NCBI RefSeq assembly: GCF_036321535.1
Contig: NC_087437.1
Location: forward strand, 31,436,001-31,500,000
Direction: 5' to 3'
Origin: Camelus dromedarius
Taxonomy: Eukaryota
DNA: 64,000 nt
The notes under the pieces were generated by a model that ran no database searches, was not told where the DNA came from, and was given only the letters and a program-made list of their open reading frames with translations. This document shows, in pieces, positions 50,545-61,185 of the stretch. The position numbers and the translations under genes were made by a program. Position 1 is the first letter of the stretch. Every line of letters starts with the position of its first letter.

Positions 50545-53500
50545 GTATGTATTTATCACTGCTTTAAAGCTGTTGTTAAATCCTGCAGAGAAGGTAAAGA
50601 GCCTAAAACCTTAGTAGGGTGGTTTTTTTCAGGAGTAACCTAACAGGTTTTATTCTTTTTTCTACTGTTATTCTTTTGGCTGTATGCTATCCTGACTTTT
50701 TCATGGCAGTTGAATGCAGGCTATTTATCTAAGCAGACAATGAAGCTTTTATGATTTGAACAATTCAGATGTCACTCTGTGCAATATGTGTGTGACTGAG
50801 AAGTTGGATATACATTGAATGTTGTGAGTCAAATACTATTTTAATCACACAGGAGAGCTTGCTTTTGAAAGAAAATCCATGGAGAATCTTATAAAAAAAT
50901 GAATGCCTAATTTATCTAATTGTAAAGTTTTGCATATTAAGTAGCTGCTATTTTTTTTTAAAGGAAAATAGTATTGTATGGAGATTTTTGTGGCCCTCTT
51001 TTCATTTTGAATGGTCCAAGCTGTTTTTTTCTGTGAATGATTCAGAAGTTTGAGAGGAACTTAAACATGCCCAAACATGTTAAATCTCTTTTTTTTACTT
51101 CCCTTAAAGCTTTTTACCATTAATTTTATTATTCTGTTTATCTTATACATAAAATAAATTGTTCCACAACTCGGTGTTTTTTTAAACCTTTAAAAGAGTC
51201 AGTTTTAACAGCGAGTGAAGGGAAGATTTATGTTAATGGATATGTTTATTTGTCATTTACATAAAAAAAGTTATCCTCATTTTTTTTGTAGGAAAGACTG
51301 TATATAAATAATTTGGCTCTTTTAGTATGGATGTCCAAGCATTATTCACTGATAAGGAACTGAAATTTCCACATTTGAATTCTTCTTTAATGCACTTGAA
51401 AGTGGAGAAAATGATAGTTGCCACATATAAAGTTGCTAGTGCAAAAATGGCTCTATCATAAGCATTAATCTTTGTTTTCCTAAGTTGTTTCTTCTTAGTG
51501 TAAAAGGACTTAAATAAGAGACTAACTATCCTAGCCCAGAAGGTCAGGAGAAGAACTTTCTTGAGAGTCATCTTTGTTCACAGAAAAGTTGGGTTACACT
51601 ACCCAAGTGTCTGGAGAGTCAGCAAGGCGAATGGTGGCAGTGAACCATTCCCGTGTTGTCTAATTCTATTAGTTTTGATGTTAACCTTCCGTGTTCTAAC
51701 ACAGTGCCAGAATGTTGTTGGCATTACAGAAACCTGGTCTTTGTTTTTTAACTTTGCTTTCTCCCACTTAGTATTAGGTAAGTGATTTTCTTTGAATATT
51801 TCCATTATATAGTACACAGATCTGTGTGTCTTTTTAGCAACTTAATTATCATGAAACTAAAACTTTGCATCTTGTGTTTCAGAAGGGACTTGTAGAACAG
51901 GATCAGGAAACAATATAAAGCCCACGTTTAAAGCAGTATTATATAGAAGACCCCTTGGGATGAAAGTAAAGATTATATCAGGAATGTAGTTTTCCTGATC
52001 ATAAATGTGTTCTCTTGATAATATAATGCATTCAAGTACTTGGGTAGCAAAATTCTCAGATCGTATAATAAAGCTAAGTACTTTTGACTTATTTTTTTAA
52101 GCCAGCATTGGAAGAGAGAAAAGTGTTTTCCATTTTATCTTAAAAATCTTTTTAATAAGGTATTGTCCAAAATCTCTGTTGCCCATGAGCTAGCCATTCT
52201 GATTGGTATGTCAAGGGTAATTAATTTTATATACTCTCAAAGCCACTCTAATCCTTCCATCTCCAGATTGCAGAACTGTGCTGAACAGTGACCTCCCATT
52301 TCACTCTTATGAAGCAAATTCCCAGTTTGCTGAGTACTTTAGCATCTTGGTACATTAAGTTTCTATCTGTTTGAATTGGTCAGGAGGAAACTCGTAGGAT
52401 TATTGCCCAACACATAATGTTGTTACCATGAGCAAGGCAAGACAGGTATTTTGATCCCAGAAAATTCAGGAACTCTGAGGTCAGCAGCATATTGAATATT
52501 TTATCCTTTGGTGAAATTTCTTTGCTGAATAGTAGACATAGATAAAAGCCTATTTACATGCATTGCTGGATCAGTTATAAAGTTATTGCAGTGGGCGCTT
52601 AATTTCCAAATCAGTTTTAATGAAGTAAACGTATTTTTTTTTGACACTTGAGAGGAAAGGTATGAGTGAGTTATTATTATAATTACTATTGCTGCTGCTA
52701 CACTGTTAATGGTAGTAAGTGGTCCTGCCCTGATAAAAATAGCAAAAAATATTAACTGTTAATTACTATTAAAGTGAAGTACTCCATGGATGACTACAGT
52801 AAGAAATGTTATAAGATTGTAGATAGCTAAGTGTCAAAAATTAGGCTTTTAGGAAGTTGACCTGTGGTCATTGCAACCTGGTTTTCCTTGTATTCCAAAG
52901 CGATGTTGTGTTTCCTGGCAACAAGATGCAGATAACGGCATGTTGAGCCTTGCTGAGAGATTCACAAACAAGCTGGAGCAGCCCAGGTTCACATGGTTAC
53001 CACATTATTTGGCTAAAGCTATTAATCTCTGTGGTCAGGCCTGTAAAGCTGGTCTATCTGTGCAGATTGCACATAACCAGGAAGTGTGTGTTCAGCTGTG
53101 TATATGTCCAAGTCAAACCCAGCAGTCTTTGGATTCAGGAATAACGAATGGCAGTTGTTTATCCCACTTGTTTTCAGCAGTTTATATGACTTGGTATATC
53201 ATTATTATATACTACACCAATAATAGTTCATTGTGTGTGGAACTTGGGGAAAGTTCATAGTTCTGAGTCTCTAGCAGAGACAGAAGTTCATAGTTTGAAA
53301 CTGTGTAGATAAAATTTGTGTTTGCAAATGTGTTGGATTTAACACCAAAGTTTATTCAAATTAGATGTGTCAGTGTTCATTTTATTCTCAAGAATGATTG
53401 GGAGGAAAAGTTGATCTGCATAAGTTCACAGGTCCCTTCCAACTCTTTTAGTCAAAATACTTAGATTCTAAAAACATATAAAAGAGGATTTCAATAATAA

Positions 53501-56500
53501 AAATGCTTAATTGGTTTATTATAATGAAATTATTTTAATTATTCTTTTCCAATTTTGCCTTCATCCCAAATTATGATGTCATCCCATTTTTCTTTCTCAG
53601 TGCATTTATACATCTGCAAACCTTTATTGCCAACATCAACTGGAAACTAGTTGTATGTATGAACTCCCCATATTTAGATGCCAAGGCTTTGGAGAATTTC
53701 CAAATTCCAAATATGCAGTTAAGAAAACAACATCAAATGTTGTGTTTTCGATTAAGCAAACATAGTCTCTGACAGTTTAGGCGCTCATCCTTAGTAGAAA
53801 ATGATACTGAGTGGCAGGACTAAGCAGTTTTTAAAGGGTCTCACTGTGCAGAATACAGTTATGGATAATTGAAATTGTGGAGGATGTGCAAATCTCCCTT
53901 TAGCAGCTGAGATCACCACTGGTTTTCACATTACATTCATTTTAAAATGTGCCAGAATAGTCTAGTTATCACCCGTAAGAAAGAGGCACTGTGCTGATCT
54001 TATTTTGGAGTTAATCTGCAGGTGAAAATATGACCAGTGATATGTCCAATTCTGAATTTCCTAGAAAGGAGGGAGCATAAAGGAGGGATTAATTTTTCTC
54101 AGAAGACGGTGTTCTTGTCTCCTCTTTAGAATTAAAACTGGTTGATTAAAGAAGGAATTTTACTTACTAAAGCTTAAGCTTAGCATGTTGTCATAGCCTT
54201 AGTTCATTAGTGTTGAGTGATTTTGATTGCTAACTGCCCTTAGAAGTTTTTGTTTTTGTTTTTTTAATCTGTCCAAGGGACAGTACCATTAGAAGACTTC
54301 ACAGGAACTCTGTAAAAGAAGACAAGGAGAATTGCATATTAATGATAATAAAGAGCATATGTTATTCTCTATGACTTGCAGAGTGGATTATCTAAAGCAG
54401 AGCAAGCTCCTGACTGAACTCTACTGGAATAGTTAAATTAGCCAAGTTAGCTCTGGCTTGCACAGCTGTGATGATGTATGAACTAACTCATTATGTGTTA
54501 TTGATAATGCTGGAGAGAGGAGAACAGCTGAAGCTTACTATGCCTTGTGACTTTTGGTATTTCTTGAATATACACAGCTGGATGAGTTTGAATTTATTTA
54601 AAAAATTCCTGCCTAAGAGAAAGAGAGAGCTCCATAAGCAAGAACTGTGTTTGAAGTGACTTTCAAAATGTGTGCCTTGTGTTTTAGGATAAAGCAATCC
54701 AATGAATTATTTTTTGTACCTCTTTATGATGCTATTTACATATGAAATAAAACTAATTGGCTTCTGTCTGTACTAATCCAGAGAAGTTAGTGGGGCTGTG
54801 TAAAGCTGTCATCAGAATCAATAGCAATCATTCATTTATTTCCCTTCTGATTTTGTCAATAAGCAGATTAGACTTTTTGAAGCAGCTGTCACCTGGCTTC
54901 AGGTTGGGGTCAGTCTGTTCCTGATGTATTCATGGTAATGAAAATGAACCTTGTAGAAAGCAAAGATGTATAACTTTTAAATCAAGACAGTTGGAGGAAA
55001 CAGCTTATCAGGTTATCTGGCAGTTCCTAAAAATAATTGCCTGACTTATGCATTTTCTCATTGAGTCGACAATACAGCTTTTACTTTCTATTGTAAATAA
55101 ACAGAGGGAAAAGTAATAACTCTGTTCAACATTTAAAACTTCATTCTTCATATGTGAACATGCAAAAAATGCAACTTTTGACCGATTATTGTGTCCCTGT
55201 AAAATTATTTCCTATTGTTACACTAGAATTTCTAGATTTGCATTCTAAATTCATAAATTCCATCTGTGCATCTTTGATGTTAGTGATCCTTAGTTTCATA
55301 TTGGTATTTGGGGGCTATTTCTAAAGGGTGCGAAGCAGTATGTAGCCCTTCGCAAACCTTGACTACTCAAGGAATAATAAAATCCAGCCATTCCAGATTG
55401 TGACTATTTTCTTATGGTCTCTTTTGTATCTTATCCTCTGATCTGAGACCACCAGATTCTGCATCCTTTGTCTGATCATACTTTAACCTGGTAATAATTT
55501 TGGTCATATTTTCATTAGGACCTCTGAGGTCCTCTTAACCTAGGTTAGCAGTCTTTGATAATTGCCAGTATCCTGTTTGTGAGTTGCAGTTGTCTTTTTG
55601 TGGAAGGAAAGCATAAATATTTTTGAGTCACAGGATGATTCTTGATTATTCTAGAACAACTTTCTATAAGGTTGGTTCAATTTGGACACTGGCAAGTTTT
55701 GCAAGAAACTCCCTTTGTAAAAGCAGTAGAGTTTCTCTTTTAAAATAAATCTGGAAGCTTTAAGTCAAAATGAAGTGAATTTGAGTGATTTTTGTATCCT
55801 TGGAAGATATCAAAGTGCTGAGGGTTGAGCCATTTTGTGTTTCATTCTGGGCTTAAAATCATTAGGTAATAGCTTAAGATCTTACGGTGAACTGTACTTT
55901 GCAAGGCCGTAAACAGAAACTGTACAAAAGAATAAAATACTTCTATTAAAGTTCACCATTTCTAGGAGCAAACAAGTCACATTTTTAGATACGAAGGAAC
56001 TCCTTTAACAAAATCAGATAGTACTTTTATATTTATAGATTACTTATGGCAGTGCTTTCTAGGGACCAGGGATCATACTGCACAGACTCACCTCTGTTTA
56101 AAATCCCTGTAAGTGTTAAACCTAATCCAGCCCAATCCCTAACACATTAACTGAAAGCCTTGAATTTCTAGTGTAGACGAATTCCTTGTTAATAGGGGGA
56201 TTTGAAATTACAAGGGATAGGTTCTAAAATACATTTTGAAATCTTTGAAAATAAAGAATTTTATGTAAAAATAAATTCCACTTATTCAACTTGGTAGTTT
56301 GAAAGATTTATACTCAGGTTTTGCAAAAGATAGTATCACAATCTTGTGATAGTATAACCAAATCTGTGATCAAGAACTCAAATATTAGAAGTTGATTACA
56401 TTAATAAACTTCTCATTGTGAAACTTCCAATTTTCCTTGCTGACTTAGCCAGTTACTGTTGCTAAGACAAGCATAGAAGGGAGTTAACTAAGCATTCGTA

Positions 56501-59500
56501 TTTGCCATGTCTACACAACAAAATATTGCCTGTCTCCTTGATCTTTCTCTGCTATGTGTTGTTTACTTCTGGTAACACCCACTTGACCAGTAAAGAACCT
56601 CTGCATGGTCTTCACAATGAGAGGATAAGCCTGTATGCAAGTGAGAATGCTAGAGGGACTGTTTTTCACATTCTGCAGAAAACAGGGATTTGTGAATGTG
56701 TGTGCCACAAAATATCATGTAAGAAGTGTATTAGAATCCCACGTGACTTAAGTTTGAGAAAGAGTTCGGGAAATTTGAATTCTTCATGCAAATGGATATC
56801 CTTTGTTTTGGTGCTGTTGCTTTTGAGCATAGGGAAGGATTTATGAATAGTCTTGTGTTGAAACTGCACTTAACAATGATTGGAAAATATTTTTAGGCCA
56901 CATTTACAGGAATTTCTCTATTACATTAATTTTTTTCTCTTTTTGGATTAAGAGATTCTTAAACTGTTCCTTCTCATTTGACATACAGCCATAGAGTTTT
57001 GTGTGACATCCTTTGCTCTTAAGTTTTTACCAGCGTTGAATAGTCAGTGAAAAATGGCAGGAGTAGGGGCCCAAGGGTGAACTTTGCTTGCAGTTTTAGT
57101 GCATGTGCTTTCAGAATCTGGCCTGCACCTTGTGATCTTCACAGCTTCTGCAGCTGATCAGGGCGTAGTGAGGGCAAATGGCACAAAATACTCTAAATAA
57201 TTTCCTGCTGCGGTTGGTCTTTGGTTTCTTACTGTCACCTGGCTTCGCTCTTTCATTTCCAGGCGTTGTGAGAATAAAATAAGCACAGGAGAAATACTCA
57301 GTTTGCCTTCCAAGGTAATAAAAGACATCCTTGAATGGGGGTAGAGTATGTGAAACAGAAGGAACTTTGCTTGCTTGCTTTCTGATGTTCAGATTGTCCA
57401 AAGGCTGCCACACATCAGAAGCACTATATAAAGTGTTCTACAATTAATTTGTTACTAAAAAATAATGTAGGCTATCTTAACTAATTGATAAAGTTGGAAG
57501 AGAAACTTCGTTTTGCAGAATCCATCTCCTGTAGGAATAGTTATTGGCTTAAGACACTGTTGGAAGGTTTTGTGGTCATAGTTTACAAAAACTAGACAAT
57601 AAAAAAAATTATCTCAATATATTTTTTGTAGAAAGTCTTTTTTTTCTTTCAGAACTTTGTTTCAAAAACTTTTAGGGAGTGATAATTCTTTATATAGTTT
57701 GTATACATTCAGATCTTTCATGCTTATTATGAGAACCCAGATATAAGGAACTTCTTATAAGTATATTTTTAACTTGGTCATTTATCAGTTAGTTTATTTG
57801 TGCTAATTGGGGGAAAAGACAAGACAAAACTGAGAAAATTCTAAATAAAAACTTTTTAAAAGGAGATGTTTATAATTTAAAAAGCCAACCCAGAAATAAA
57901 TTAAGCTAATAGGTTGTATCTTACTAGGGGTTATTAGAGGATATATTTTATGATAATTATTTATAATTAGTATTTAATTTATGTGTAATGAGTTCTGAAT
58001 TGTTTGAGGTTATTTAAAAACAATTACTTTTAATTAATCTTAGCATTTGCATACAACTGATTTTATAATTATGTAGAAGAGTTTTATAAACATATATTTC
58101 AGCCCTCTTTAAATATTGTCAAATTCTATATCCACAAAATTTAATTAATCAGCAAGTATATGGCAGACTTTTTTTATTGTCTACTTTGAGGGAAGATAGA
58201 AACCTGTCGGTTTTAAAAATATTTCACTTAACAAAGGGATTTACTCATCTTCATAAAAAGCAATAACTGCATAATTTAAGGTAGTATAAGGCATGATACA
58301 CATTTTTTAAATCTGTTGTGCACTTTCTATCCCAGCTGTTCTTGTAGAAATTAAGTTTCACTTCCTCTTCAGGCTATGGTTGAGAAGTATGTCTCATTTA
58401 AGTTACCTTCTAGGAGTCTCAGGACATGTGACTGAACTTGGATAAAAGTTAAGGCTGTATGACATTTCTCATGTCTTCAGGGTGCAAAATTTAATCCTGC
58501 ACCTCCATAAATAGATACCAGTGAGGTCTTCTGATCTTATAATTTTTATTTATGAAAGATTTTAGGCTTATCCACATCTTATTAAAAAGTTCTTCTGTAT
58601 TCTCTGCTTTGATCCAATAGTTTTGTAGTTAAAAAAAAAAAGCCCAACATAACAGTATTTTAGTAGGTTCTCTTCGTCAAGTGGATATGGTAATTTGCTT
58701 TAAGTGATTGCATGGGGTGGTGGGGACATCAGTGTATGATATGATTTCTTAGGGGTTCAGGAAACATTTAGATTTACTCAAATGGCCATGTCTTAGTACA
58801 AAGTTTTTTGAAAATAAACAGTATTATGTGTCTGTTTAGTTCCCCATGTGCTTTTGGAGACTACAGAATTACAAAAGCTTAAAAACAAGGTATATCCTTT
58901 CACTTATAAAACCTACCTGCCTGCCTTTTTTTTTTTTTTCCTATTCTTAGCCTCTCATTTATATTTCACTGTGTTCACTTCTAGAATCAATGTAACACCA
59001 GACATTAGATGTCTAACAATTTATAAATCAAATATGGGATTTAGCATACAAGTAAATGTGATTGCACCAGCATCCACTCAATAACTTACTGCTTCTCATT
59101 CACCTGTGTCCAAGGGATCCTAGGAGGGACCGAGAGAGCAGCATACACAGAAGTTTGCCCTAAGAAAGCTGGTCCCCAGGAGCTCATTGTATCTTAGAGT
59201 GGGGAATTGTTTTTCCTAACCAAAAGTCTTTTGAGGTAAATCTGTGATCCAAGTTTGGTATTAATTGTTTTACAGAACAATCTAAGTCTCAGTGATCCTG
59301 CCCTGGTTAAGTCAAGGTCTTCTTAGAGGGGGGCAGATATAATTGAGAGTCAACATTTGATTCTTAGCCTGCACATAACTACAGAGTGTAAACTCCCAAT
59401 TTTGATTTGTAGGTATGTCTGTGTCTATAGCTACTTTTGGATACAAAGGGGAAAACCCAGTATTACCAGGATCCAATATCATAGTCTAAAAGTTAAGAAG

Positions 59501-60254
59501 ACAATTTTAACCTCTGGTAAATACTGAAAGGTGTTGCTTTGCTTGCAAGCAACATACAAAGATAAATCTTATTGCCTTCCCCAACAGCTTTGTGCTATTT
59601 ATTTGAGTTGATGTTAGCAAAAAAATCTTAATTAGTAACAGAATAAATGACAGTTACTATGCTTCTAGAGCAGAAAGTTAAGAGTACATAGTCCTCTGAA
59701 GTTTAATAACTACACTGCTTTCACAAAATATGTTGGTATTATGTATGCTGTGGCTTTGATTCTCAACACCTTGTAATGTATTTGAAGGGCTATATAAGCT
59801 GCCAGATATTCTAGCATTGCTAAATGAGTTCCTGGAAACATCAAAGCCAGGTATCAAAAGCCAGCTATATTTTGTGCGCCTGTGAAATTTCTTTAGCAGC
59901 AGCAAAGATACCCCATCTGTCATGCCTGTCTCAAGTCTGTAGCAGAAGAGCCTAAATACTCTCCGTACTGCATTTGATCTTTATCCTTCTGTCATTGTGA
60001 CCCTCATTTTGGGGAGATATTTTCACTTTACATCATAGTAATAAATAATTATGTATGGTTAATCCACCTGATTGCAGGGGGTGTTAATTAGTTTGAGGTC
60101 ACAGATTTATCCTTGTAGAAACTAGTTAACTCTTACAGGCAGGAAGCCAAGGTTTCGAAGTCTAACCCATCTGGTTAAAACTGTACAAACTAATGTCCAG
60201 AAAACTTTATATTTCACTGACCTTTGCTAAAGTCTGAATTCTATATTTTGTTTG

Positions 60255-61185
60255 CATCATCTTCCCTCTTAAATGTGTTTCATCTCCTGCATTTCCTGTC
60301 TCACTTAATGGCACCATTATCCAGTCACCCACATCAGAACATGGGACACATCCTGGACTCTTCTCACTCCCTTCAGCCCCACATGTAATCATCCTCCATG
60401 CAGTTAGATTCTCACTCTTAAATACCTCTCAAATCATCTCCACTGTTGCCTCCTTAGTTCTCTACCATCATTTGTCTCACGTGCAATTCTGGTAGCTATA
60501 GATGGCTAACCATAAAATAATAAATATTAATGATAAATAAATATGCTGATAAGTATTTAGCCTGTCTCCACTCTTCCCCCACCTTTCACCACCTTTCACC
60601 ACCAAAAATAAATCAACCAGTCCTCCATACTACTACTGTTGAAGTGACCTTTATAAAAGGCAAGTCTGAACCTTGCCGAAACTTTTCCAGTGATCCCTGC
60701 TGCCCACAGAATCAAGTCCTAACCTCTTAACCCCATACAAAGCTCTTTAGCATCTGGCCCGAGCCAACCTACCCAGTCCAGTCTTGTCATCCTGTTCACA
60801 CACACATGCATCCTGACTTACCACACAAATTGCATGTGCTGCTCCTTCTTGAATGTCTTGTTCCTCACTTAGTTCACTTTTACACGTCAGTCACTCTGCG
60901 TGTAGTGTCCTGCCTCCCACTGTCTGTCTGGTGGCCAGCCAAACTTGGCTCTCATTTCATCCACTCTGAGACACCTTCCTTGACCACTTTTCGTGACCCC
61001 TTTCCCAGGAGAGGTAGACCCTTTGCCTCTGGATTGTTCTCAGACCACATTAGTGCCGCATTTCACACAGTGCCACAGGGTTTTCTTGTCTCTCTTGCTT
61101 TCTTCCACTGACTCTGGCATTTTGCCTTTTTCATCTTCTTATCCCCAACACGTAGCCCAGTGCCTAATCAATATGTCTACTTAAG
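60255..61185 (+). mobile_element. L2 fragments in TIPARP intron 2
   Basis: atttcctgtctcacttaatggcaccattatccagtcaccc ... tagcccagtgcct, typical of L2 3' region. Confidence 0.55.

Noticed and set aside
49610..50614. Complete single-exon 334-aa protein as listed in the ORF track
   Set aside because: The track starts at a TTG; the real start is ATG 49628, and TIPARP similarity ends at the 50544/50545 donor.
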